Shown here one piece after another: positions 9,109 to 17,064 of a stretch of 35,846 nucleotides of DNA (its first letter is position 1; every line of letters begins with the position of its first letter). The DNA comes from Archangium sp. (lineage in GTDB: Bacteria; Myxococcota; Myxococcia; Myxococcales; Myxococcaceae), in NCBI GenBank assembly GCA_031367385.1, contig JANLPS010000132.1, positions 1 through 35,846 of the forward strand, written 5' to 3'. Under the pieces are notes generated by a model, which was not told where the DNA came from, did not search any database, and saw nothing but the letters and a program-made list of their open reading frames with translations. Made by a program: the position numbers and the translations under genes.

Positions 9109-10199
9109 AGTACGGCCTGCTGGTGACCGCGGCGGTCCTCTCGGCGTGCGGCCCGGTGAAGGGTGGCGGCTTCGACATCATCGTGACCGGCGAAGACGCG
9201 GCGACGCTCGGCATTCCCTTCCCCGCCGCGAGCGATGGGGCTCCGTATTTTCAAGATGGGTGGTCGCTCTCGTTCTCGAAGGTGATTGTTTTCATTGGCG
9301 ATGTTGCGATTTCTGAGAACCCCGATCGCAGCGTCGGTGATCAGTCGCTGACGGGCCCTGTGGTGGCCCACGTCGATGGCCCCTTCGTCGTCGACCTCGC
9401 ACAGCCTGGCCCCCTCGAGTCGAAAGAACAGAACGGCACCGCGTGGCCAGTGACGACGATCACCAGCCCGGCGCTCGACCCCACCCAGAAATACGCGTTC
9501 GGGTACGCGGTGAAGCAGGCCTCGGCCGACGCGAAGAAGCTCAACGAGATTGCTGACGCGACGGTGGCCACCATGGTCGCCCAGGGGTACTCGGTGTGGT
9601 TCGAAGGGGTCGCAGATTTCAAGGGCACCTCGTGCCGATCAACCGTCGCCGACTACGACTTCGCGCGCATCCCCAAGCGCATGCACTTCTCATTCGGGTA
9701 CCGAATACCGACGACGTACAAGAACTGCATCAACCCCGAGCTGCAACCGGCGGAGTCACGAGGCATTCAGGGCATCAGCGGTCAGAACGCGACAGTGCAA
9801 ATCACTTTTCACCTCGATCACCAATTCTGGGAGTCGCTGCAAGAAGACGCACCTCTTCGCTTCGATGTGATCGCCGCGCGCAAATCGGTCGCCATCGGCC
9901 AGGCAGCCCCGGCCTCGGTCGACGTGACGCGAGAAGACCTCACCGGAATCGATTTTCAAGCCGCCCGTGATGCCCAAGGCGTCGCGCTGCCGTGGCGGTA
10001 CTGCGCCGAGTCACTGATCAATGACCGCCAAGAGGGCACCGTCTCATACGACCCCAAGGGCGTACCCGTCAGCGCAGCGGGAGGCACCGCGGGCCTCAAA
10101 GATCTCGCTGACTACATGTCGTACAACCTGTCTTCGTTCGGGCACATGAACAACGATGGGTTCTGCTTTCCCGCGCGTGACTTTGCTGCGCCGAGGTAG
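9105..10199 (+). CDS. TBDR-associated lipoprotein 2 (unknown function)
   Basis: ATGA overlap, lipobox VLSAC, His motifs TFHLDHQFW and FGHMNNDGFC. Confidence 0.85.
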   Translation: MKYGLLVTAAVLSACGPVKGGGFDIIVTGEDAATLGIPFPAASDGAPYFQDGWSLSFSKVIVFIGDVAISENPDRSVGDQSLTGPVVAHVDGPFVVDLAQPGPLESKEQNGTAWPVTTITSPALDPTQKYAFGYAVKQASADAKKLNEIADATVATMVAQGYSVWFEGVADFKGTSCRSTVADYDFARIPKRMHFSFGYRIPTTYKNCINPELQPAESRGIQGISGQNATVQITFHLDHQFWESLQEDAPLRFDVIAARKSVAIGQAAPASVDVTREDLTGIDFQAARDAQGVALPWRYCAESLINDRQEGTVSYDPKGVPVSAAGGTAGLKDLADYMSYNLSSFGHMNNDGFCFPARDFAAPR

Positions 10200-10207
10200 G
10201 TAAGTAC

Positions 10208-10855
10208 GTGGCGGTGAAGAAATTCATTTCGAGCGTGGTTGCAGCATCGTCGATTGCCTGCGCCCCGGCCTGCGTAGCAGCGGGTACCCGAGTGTTGACG
10301 CCCCAAGGTCGACGAAAAATCGAAACGCTCGCCGTCGGCGATGAGATACTTGCTGTCGAAGGGCTTTCGCATCGCTTCGAAATCTCAAGCATTTCAAGGA
10401 TCCGTACGGCGCAACGCGAGTGCGGGATGCTTTCAGCTGCTGAAACGACGCTGATCGTTACACCAGACCATCCGCTCTATGATCCAAACGCTCGCGCGTT
10501 TCATCCAGCCGGAGACTGGCTTCTCGGTGTTCGATCCGCCCTGCTGTCGTTCGATGGTGAGTGCTTTGTTCGAACTGAGGTGACTTCCCGCAGCGTTTTC
10601 GTGGGCGTGCGAACCGTCTTCGACCTCACAGTTGCGTCGTCATTTCATACGTTCGTCGCGGAAGGCGTCGTCGTTCACAACAAGAAACCTATCGAGCCTG
10701 AGTGCGTCATCCCAAACGACGGCGGAGCGACCCGCGCGACCGAAAACATTCGCGATGTCGATGAAGTGCCATGCTCGTGCCTAGACGGCGGCCCCGGATT
10801 GTGGATTTGCGGAGAATTCGGCGCTCCCGCAACCTGTGCTCGATGCAACCGCTAG
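10208..10855 (+). CDS. Putative lipoprotein with a Hint (BIL-A/intein-like) domain and Cys-rich C-terminal peptide
   Basis: Signal plus lipobox-like SIAC(18). Hint block A CVAAGTRVLTPQG (C22, 10271), block B LIVTPDHPLY, blocks F/G VFDLTV..HTFVAEGVVVHN (N158, ends 10681). Then 57 aa with 6 Cys. Confidence 0.88.
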   Translation: MAVKKFISSVVAASSIACAPACVAAGTRVLTPQGRRKIETLAVGDEILAVEGLSHRFEISSISRIRTAQRECGMLSAAETTLIVTPDHPLYDPNARAFHPAGDWLLGVRSALLSFDGECFVRTEVTSRSVFVGVRTVFDLTVASSFHTFVAEGVVVHNKKPIEPECVIPNDGGATRATENIRDVDEVPCSCLDGGPGLWICGEFGAPATCARCNR

Positions 10856-12105
10856 ACGAGCGAAAAACCCTCCGCCGCGCCGCGCCCCAGCCCCTCGGCG
10901 ACGCTGGTGAACGCATCGGCGGTACGCAGCCGCTGGGCGCCGAACTTGCGCGCGAACAACTTCTGCACCGCCGGTATCTGCGAAGACCCGCCGGTCAAGA
11001 ACACCGAGTCGATCTTCAAGCCCGAGGGCACCCGGGCCAGCAGCGAATCGGTCGTCTCTTCGAGCTCGACGATCAAGTGCGCGGAGTACGAATCGAACTC
11101 GTCTCGCGTCAGCTTCTCGTGCACGTGAATGCGCTCGTCATCGAACTCGAGCAACGCCGACTTACTCGTCGAAAGCTCGACCTTCGCCTGCTCAATCGCC
11201 CGAAACAGCCGGTACCCCAGGTTGTACATGACCAAATCATGCAGCGCCTTGATCGCGTCTTTCTTGTCGCTGCTCTTCAACATCTGGTCGATCAGCTCAC
11301 GGGTCGACTTCTCACGAATCAGCGACATCTCGTGCCACGAGAGCAGGCGGCTCAGCACGTAGGTCGGCATCGGCATGCGTTTCATGCCCACCAGGTACGT
11401 CGACCCCTGGCCGAAATATGGCAGCAACTTGTGCTTCATGATCGCCGCGTCGAAGCGATCTCCGCCGACGTACACACCCGCAGACGCGACCACATCGACC
11501 CGGCGGTTCGCGTTGACCCGATGCGAGGGCCCGAGCCACATCAGCGTCAAGTCGGTCGTGCCGGCGCCGAAGTCGGCGACCAGCACCAGCTCATCGCGCT
11601 TCAGGCTCGCCTCGTAGGTCAACGCCGCCGCGATCGGCTCGATCAGAAACCGCACCGACTCGAAGCCCGCGAGCTCGGCTGCCTTTCTCAGGCGCTCCTG
11701 CGCGAACGCATCGGTCTCAGCGCTCGCCGAGAACTGCGCCGGGCGCCCCAGCACGACCTCGGTGATGCTCGAGCCATGCACCTTCGACGCCTGATCACGA
11801 ACCCGCCGCAAGAACACCGCGACCAATTCTTCGAGTGAAAACGCCGAATTGCGAATGGTCGTGCGAGAGAACGAAATGCTCGGCAACCAGGTCTTCATCG
11901 ACTGAATGAAGCGGCCCGAGTTGTCTTCCTGATAGCGCTCGATCGCCTCGTGGCCGGCCAGCGTCTCCTTCGTCTCTTCGGGGAAGAAGAGCACCGAGCG
12001 GAACAACCGGGGCGAGAGCGCCTCTGGGTCGATGCGCAGCACTTCGCCGCTGGGAAGAGCGACGGCGCTGTTGCTGGTGCCGAAGTCGAGGCCGCAGACC
12101 GTCAT
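10852..12105 (-). CDS. Hsp70-family protein (YegD-like)
   Basis: GLDFGTSNS, VVLGRP, EPIAAA, VADFGAGTTD, GGDRFD, VFLTGGSS. No DnaK substrate-binding domain (417 aa). Confidence 0.9.
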   Translation of the reverse strand: MTVCGLDFGTSNSAVALPSGEVLRIDPEALSPRLFRSVLFFPEETKETLAGHEAIERYQEDNSGRFIQSMKTWLPSISFSRTTIRNSAFSLEELVAVFLRRVRDQASKVHGSSITEVVLGRPAQFSASAETDAFAQERLRKAAELAGFESVRFLIEPIAAALTYEASLKRDELVLVADFGAGTTDLTLMWLGPSHRVNANRRVDVVASAGVYVGGDRFDAAIMKHKLLPYFGQGSTYLVGMKRMPMPTYVLSRLLSWHEMSLIREKSTRELIDQMLKSSDKKDAIKALHDLVMYNLGYRLFRAIEQAKVELSTSKSALLEFDDERIHVHEKLTRDEFDSYSAHLIVELEETTDSLLARVPSGLKIDSVFLTGGSSQIPAVQKLFARKFGAQRLRTADAFTSVAEGLGRGAAEGFSLV

Positions 12106-13088
12106 TCAGCCGACGTCTTCGCGGGCTGGTTGCTCTGCTCCGCCTTCATTCGCGCTTCAGCCGCCGCTTCTTCAGCCGTGCCGCCGACCGCTTCGACCGA
12201 GTTCTTCGGAGGCGGCCCCTTGATCACGCCACCCTCACCCGCCGCGCCAGGCACGCCCCAGTCGAAGGCCTTCGCCGCATCACCGACGCCGTCTGGCGTG
12301 GTCGCTCGCAACCGAGATCGCACCCGCGCTATCGACCCCTGCACCACTCTCGGGTCAGGGTGCGTCTTTAGCGCCTCCACCCACAGCTCGATCGCCCGCT
12401 CGTTCTCGCCTTGATCATTCTTCAGCCGCCCCAGCTCGAACAGCGCATGCGGTTTGAGCTCGGAGTCAGGAAAGCGATCGACCAGATCCATGAACGCGCG
12501 CTGCGCTTCGAGCTTGCGGCCATCCATCATCGAGAGGGCCTGGCCGCGCAAGAACAACGCGTCGTCGACGAACACACTGGTCTCGTACTTTCGCGCCACC
12601 GCCGACGCTTCGATTTCACACTGCTCGTAGTCTTGCAGCTCGAAGTAGAGCGTCGCGACCTGGTACGCGAGCTCAGCGCTCTGCGGTGGGTTTCTGGCCA
12701 ACGCCGCGGTCAGCTCGGCGATCGCCCCGCGCAGATCATGAAACTCACGGCGCAACAGAGTCGCCAGGTGAATGCGCCCATCGAGCGTCTCCGGAGCCTC
12801 GGGGCACAGCTGAATCAGCTCGCGGTACACCTGCGTGGCCTTCTTGTAGTCACGCAGCTCGAAGAAATAGGTGTCAGCCGCGCCCCGCAACGCGCGCGCC
12901 CGGTAGACCTGGGCCTGCGGTGAGGTGTCTCGCTCGAGCAGGTCGAGGGCGGCCTTGAACTCCAGCAAGGCCAGGTCGGCGTTTCGAACGAACAACGCGG
13001 TCTTCGCCTTCTCGAGGTGCTCAGGGGCGTCGGCCTTCTTGCAGCCCGCACCCAGCAGCAACACCGTGATCAGCGCCAGGCGTCTCAT
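12102..13088 (-). CDS. Tetratricopeptide-repeat lipoprotein
   Basis: Lipobox GAGC and repeated TPR-like helix pairs (DALFLRGQAL, HALFELGRL). Start ATG 13088. Confidence 0.85.
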   Translation of the reverse strand: MRRLALITVLLLGAGCKKADAPEHLEKAKTALFVRNADLALLEFKAALDLLERDTSPQAQVYRARALRGAADTYFFELRDYKKATQVYRELIQLCPEAPETLDGRIHLATLLRREFHDLRGAIAELTAALARNPPQSAELAYQVATLYFELQDYEQCEIEASAVARKYETSVFVDDALFLRGQALSMMDGRKLEAQRAFMDLVDRFPDSELKPHALFELGRLKNDQGENERAIELWVEALKTHPDPRVVQGSIARVRSRLRATTPDGVGDAAKAFDWGVPGAAGEGGVIKGPPPKNSVEAVGGTAEEAAAEARMKAEQSNQPAKTSAE

Positions 13089-13309
13089 GGAGTGCACGTC
13101 GAGCCATACAAGACACAGTGCGACGCTTCACAGCCGACGCAGCCGTAGCGGGCGTCGATGGTGGCCCCGCACACCAGCGTGTTCGATGGGCGCGGGCAGT
13201 CGGTCGCCTGCACACAACGCATGACCCCGCCATCTGGGCCAACGACCGACTTGGGGCACGTGGGGACACACGCACACAGAATGAACGCCAGGCCGACCAC
13301 GAAACGCAT
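13085..13309 (-). CDS. Small Cys-rich lipoprotein (74 aa)
   Basis: GAGG RBS, MRFVVGLAFILCAC lipobox, 8 Cys in the mature part; the stop overlaps the TPR gene start (ATGA). Confidence 0.8.
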   Translation of the reverse strand: MRFVVGLAFILCACVPTCPKSVVGPDGGVMRCVQATDCPRPSNTLVCGATIDARYGCVGCEASHCVLYGSTCTP

Positions 13310-13335
13310 GACGCCTCGTCTACCACTTTCGCCCG

Positions 13336-13923
13336 TCACTTTTCGAGCACGTTGGCCTGCCACTGCCGCATCGCCTCGCGCAGCAGGGTCGGGGTGTTCT
13401 TGAACACGCCATCGACGGTCACTTCGCCGCCGGCGTACTGAGGCTTGCCGTTTTCGATGCCGACCTTCACCTTGCTCGTGCCCCGGAGCGCCCACTTCTG
13501 AGCGCCCTGGTACATCAGCAACTTCTGCGTCGCAGGAGAGACGTCGCTTCGACACCCGAGCCGGTACTGAAAGCTCACCTCGGCGCGCCCGTTGTCGTCG
13601 ATGTCGGTGACCTCGATCGAGTCGGCGATGACTCCCATCGTCAGGTCGAACGCGCAGTCTTTGACGAAATCTTTGGCCGACCACACCGTGACCCACTTGG
13701 CTTTGGGCGTCGCGCGCACCTCGCTGACCACGGTGAGCGTCGACGAGCGTACCCAGTCGTCACCCTTCTTCACTTTGTCGACTGGCGACTCGGTGATGGT
13801 CACCTGGTGCTCGCCGTCGCGGTCAGAAAACGTGACCACGATCACCCCATCGTGCCGCGGAGAAACCTGAATCAATGGCGAGACTTGCCCAAGCACCACC
13901 CACAGCGCCGCAGCGGTCAGCAT
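13336..13923 (-). CDS. Secreted protein, resembles the M949_RS01915 family
   Basis: Signal-like N-terminus; W..KDFVKDCAFD, VTDIDDNGRAEV, YRLGCRSDVSP, KWALRG. Family assignment is from memory. Confidence 0.65.
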   Translation of the reverse strand: MLTAAALWVVLGQVSPLIQVSPRHDGVIVVTFSDRDGEHQVTITESPVDKVKKGDDWVRSSTLTVVSEVRATPKAKWVTVWSAKDFVKDCAFDLTMGVIADSIEVTDIDDNGRAEVSFQYRLGCRSDVSPATQKLLMYQGAQKWALRGTSKVKVGIENGKPQYAGGEVTVDGVFKNTPTLLREAMRQWQANVLEK

Positions 13924-13925
13924 GT

Positions 13926-14546
13926 TCAGTAGTTCCTCAGGTCGTCATCATCGACTTTCTTCGCAGGAGGCTCGGCCGGCTTCACCACGGGCTCAGCGGG
14001 CGGCGACTTCTTCTTCACCACCGGCGCAGGCTCGGGCGTAGGCTCACGGGGCGCGGGCTTCTCGGTCACGACCGGAGCGCGATCTGACTTCGACAAATCG
14101 TCATCATCGAGGCTCTTCGGCTTTGGCTTCGCGACGGGCTCAGGCAGGGGCTCTGTTTTCTTCGCGGGCTTCGTGACCTTGACCGGTGGCGGCGCTGAAT
14201 CTTCATCGCGCAGCTCCTCTCGGGTCGACGGCTTTTCAGGTGGCGGCGCCTTCTTCAAAATCGGCATGCCGAACTCGTCGACGTCGCGGCTGCTCGGGCT
14301 GCGATCGAGGGCGCCGTCGTTGAGGTGGTTGCTCTTCGTTTCGGTGGTGCGCTCACGGCACGTCTGGGCCTTGCCGCGGCACTTGTTGAGGCACTTGACG
14401 AACTTCGCCTTCATCTCGTCGCGAATCGAGCCGCCGTACTGCACCGAGCAGAGCTCCTGGCACTCTGAAAAATCGTCTTCGCACTCACCCGCCCAGGCGA
14501 GGGTGGGGAGCAGCGCCAACATCGTGAAACCTGTGACAAAACGCAT
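13926..14546 (-). CDS. Secreted hypothetical protein with 6-Cys helical N-terminus and Pro/Lys-rich tail
   Basis: Signal peptide ending AWA; C-x6-C-x3-C..C-x3-C-x6-C; low-complexity tail ending DDDDLRNY. Confidence 0.78.
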   Translation of the reverse strand: MRFVTGFTMLALLPTLAWAGECEDDFSECQELCSVQYGGSIRDEMKAKFVKCLNKCRGKAQTCRERTTETKSNHLNDGALDRSPSSRDVDEFGMPILKKAPPPEKPSTREELRDEDSAPPPVKVTKPAKKTEPLPEPVAKPKPKSLDDDDLSKSDRAPVVTEKPAPREPTPEPAPVVKKKSPPAEPVVKPAEPPAKKVDDDDLRNY

Positions 14547-14605
14547 CGCGACCTCGACTTTACACGGCGTGAGCAGTGGAACACGTCTTGCTCTCATCGG
14601 TATTC

Positions 14606-15208
14606 ATGAGCGTTTTGTTCCGAATGGTGTGTCTGGGTGTGCTCGTCGGCGTGGTTCAGGAGCCTCAACCGGCTCCGTTTGCGCTGCGAAACGGCGACGT
14701 CGTCTTTCAAACCTCGAAATCGTCACGGTCAGCCATCATTCGGGCCGCCTCCGACAGCCCCTATTCGCATGTGGGTCTGGTCGAGGTGACCGACAGCGGC
14801 GTGTTCGTGATCGAGGCGATTCAACCCGTCTCTCGCACCCCTTGGGAGACCTGGTACGCGCGCGGCGTCGACTCGAAGTTCACGGTCATTCGGGCCAAGC
14901 AGGCGAGCCCTCAAGCGCTGGCCAAGGTGGTCGCGAGCGCCAAGGCCTGGGTCGGGCGCCCCTACGACGTGCGCTACCGGTGGGACGACGAGCGTCTCTA
15001 CTGCAGCGAATTGGTGATGAAGGCGTTCGCGACCATCGGCATCGAAGCGGGCCAGCTGCAGACCATCTCGTCACTGCACGTCACTCCAGCGATCTTGCAG
15101 CTGGCAAAGTCGCGGGGCGTCAACCCCGAGCAGAAGCTGGTGACGCCGGCGAGCATCGCGGTCGACGACGACTTCACCACCGCCTATTCGTCGTGGGCCG
15201 TCGACTGA
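14606..15208 (+). CDS. YiiX/YebB-like permuted NlpC/P60 papain-like hydrolase
   Basis: GDVVFQTS, YSHVG, GRPYD, YCSELV (His before Cys, i.e. permuted), LVTPASI. Start could be 14576. Confidence 0.88.
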   Translation: MSVLFRMVCLGVLVGVVQEPQPAPFALRNGDVVFQTSKSSRSAIIRAASDSPYSHVGLVEVTDSGVFVIEAIQPVSRTPWETWYARGVDSKFTVIRAKQASPQALAKVVASAKAWVGRPYDVRYRWDDERLYCSELVMKAFATIGIEAGQLQTISSLHVTPAILQLAKSRGVNPEQKLVTPASIAVDDDFTTAYSSWAVD

Positions 15209-15211
15209 CCC

Positions 15212-15436
15212 TCAGAGCTCTTGCGCCGACTGCAACACCTTGTCTTTGAAGTCTTCGCGCACCTTGATGACCGAGCCCAGCTTCGCCGCCGGGCGCGCGG
15301 TCACCAGCGCCTGATCCGGCCCTGCCCGTTCTCCGTCGATGACGTCTTCGGGGAAGTCGATCTCCACCGGTTTCACGGTCTGCGCGAATGACGAAAGCGA
15401 AACCAACATCACCGCGGTTGCCAGGGCTTTGATCAT
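15212..15436 (-). CDS. Small secreted CglF/GltF-like protein
   Basis: Signal peptide ending SFA; IDFPEDVIDGE..P..LGSVIKVREDFKDKVLQSAQEL resembles the myxobacterial GltF/CglF pattern (IDF..IEGE..P..SLI.VR.NF..EL..S..L). Confidence 0.65.
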   Translation of the reverse strand: MIKALATAVMLVSLSSFAQTVKPVEIDFPEDVIDGERAGPDQALVTARPAAKLGSVIKVREDFKDKVLQSAQEL

Positions 15437-15518
15437 GGGCCCACTCTGGCCTGCCTGCCCCGCCGTGGGCAACCCGCCCCCCTTGCTCGGCGGCGCGCGA
15501 AGGCGTAACCCCCCGCGC

Positions 15519-16310
15519 ATGGACATTCAGAACAAGGTAGCCCTCGTGACCGGCGCCAATGGCGGGCTGGGCGAAGCCATCGCGATGCAGCTCGCCGAGG
15601 CCGGAGCCAAGGTCATCGTGACCGGCCGCCGCGCCGACGCCCTCAAGAACATCGCCGAAAAGACCGGCGCCAAGGCCATCGTCGCCGACCTCTCGGTGCG
15701 CGGCGACGTGAAGCGCATCGAGCAAGAGGCCGGCCCGGTCGACATTCTCATCGCGAACGCCGCCATCCCCGCCACGGGGCACTTCAGCGAGCTCGACGAA
15801 GACTTCATCGACCGAACGCTCGACGTGAACTTGAAGGCTCCGATCTTGATGGCCAAGTACTTCTTGGCCCCGATGGTCGCCAAAGGCGCCGGGCACCTCG
15901 TGTTCATCTCGTCGGTGGCGGGCCGCATGCCCGCCCCGGGGAGCACGATGTACTGCGCCGCCAAGTACGGCATGCGCGGGTTCGCCGCGTCGCTGCGCGA
16001 AGACCTGCACGGTACCGGCGTCGGCGTTTCGACCATCTTCCCCGGGTTCATTCGTGAAGCGGGCATGTTCGCGAAGACCGGCGTGAAGTTGCCCTCGGTG
16101 ATGGGCACCAAGACGCCTGCGCACGTCGCTGACGCGGTGATTCGTTCGATTCGCCGCGACCTGGCCGAGGTGATGGTGGCCTCGGTTGATCAGCGCTTCG
16201 GCGCCTTCATGTCGATGCTCACCCCAAAGCTCATCTCATCGATTCAGCGCAACTTCGGCGGCGTCGCCATCGCCAAGGCCATCGTCTCGAGCCAGCGCCA
16301 CATTCGCTAG
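15519..16310 (+). CDS. Short-chain dehydrogenase/reductase
   Basis: TGANGGLG, ANAA, SSVAG, YCAAK, IFPGFI. Confidence 0.93.
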   Translation: MDIQNKVALVTGANGGLGEAIAMQLAEAGAKVIVTGRRADALKNIAEKTGAKAIVADLSVRGDVKRIEQEAGPVDILIANAAIPATGHFSELDEDFIDRTLDVNLKAPILMAKYFLAPMVAKGAGHLVFISSVAGRMPAPGSTMYCAAKYGMRGFAASLREDLHGTGVGVSTIFPGFIREAGMFAKTGVKLPSVMGTKTPAHVADAVIRSIRRDLAEVMVASVDQRFGAFMSMLTPKLISSIQRNFGGVAIAKAIVSSQRHIR

Positions 16311-16334
16311 AGCGCGACGAACGGCTCTCTGGCT

Positions 16335-17009
16335 TCACGCAGCCGCAGCCGAGCGGCCGCGAAGCCAGGCCAGGGCGCCGACTCCCAGCAGGCTCGCGTA
16401 CAAGGCTGGCAGGGCCAGCGCGTCGCTGTGAAACACCGGGTACAAGGCGCCGCCAACGGTGCCTCCGGTCGCAAAGCCCAGCAGCAGCACCGCGTAGAGC
16501 CGAAAGCGAAACCAGTCGACGGTCTGCCGGCGCAGCGCCTGCCCGATGATCGAGCCGAGATCGGTGACGATGCCGGTCATGTGCGTCGTGCGGAGCGTCG
16601 CGCCGCTGTAATGCGTCGCCAGCGCGTTCTGAAGCCCACTGGCGGCTGCCGCGAAGTATTCGCCAGCGATGCTCTGCCCGCGAAACGAGACGATGGCCCC
16701 GAGCAGCAAGACACCTTCGACCAGCAGCGCGATGCCGTAGGCGCGAGTCAGCCGCAGGTGCGAATCATGAATGATGACGCCGCTGAGCACCGCGCCCAAG
16801 AAGAAGCACCCGACCACCGTGAGCGCTCGCACCGCCAACATCACGTTGCCCTGCGCAAGCTCGATGGTCGAGAGCGTCACCGTACCGGTGACGTGCGTCA
16901 TGCCTTGATGCGCGACCCCGAGAAAGCCAATCGAGTTGGTGACGCCGGCGATGAACGCCAGCGAAAAGCTGCCGAAGAAAACCCAGGCCGGTGGTTGCTT
17001 TCGAAGCAT
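16335..17009 (-). CDS. YoaK/DUF1275-family membrane protein
   Basis: LAFIAG..THVTGT, FFLGA, GLQNA..RTTHMTGIVTDLG and multiple TM helices. Confidence 0.9.
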   Translation of the reverse strand: MLRKQPPAWVFFGSFSLAFIAGVTNSIGFLGVAHQGMTHVTGTVTLSTIELAQGNVMLAVRALTVVGCFFLGAVLSGVIIHDSHLRLTRAYGIALLVEGVLLLGAIVSFRGQSIAGEYFAAAASGLQNALATHYSGATLRTTHMTGIVTDLGSIIGQALRRQTVDWFRFRLYAVLLLGFATGGTVGGALYPVFHSDALALPALYASLLGVGALAWLRGRSAAAA

Positions 17010-17064
17010 CGAGCGAGCGCGACTCTCTCACGCTCACTCTGGGTTTTCTCGAAAACGGCTGTCG

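Noticed and set aside
10271..10681. Canonical mobile intein or polymorphic-toxin pretoxin Hint
   Set aside because: No homing endonuclease, the +1 residue is Lys, the host is not a conserved enzyme, and no recognisable toxin domain or immunity gene follows.
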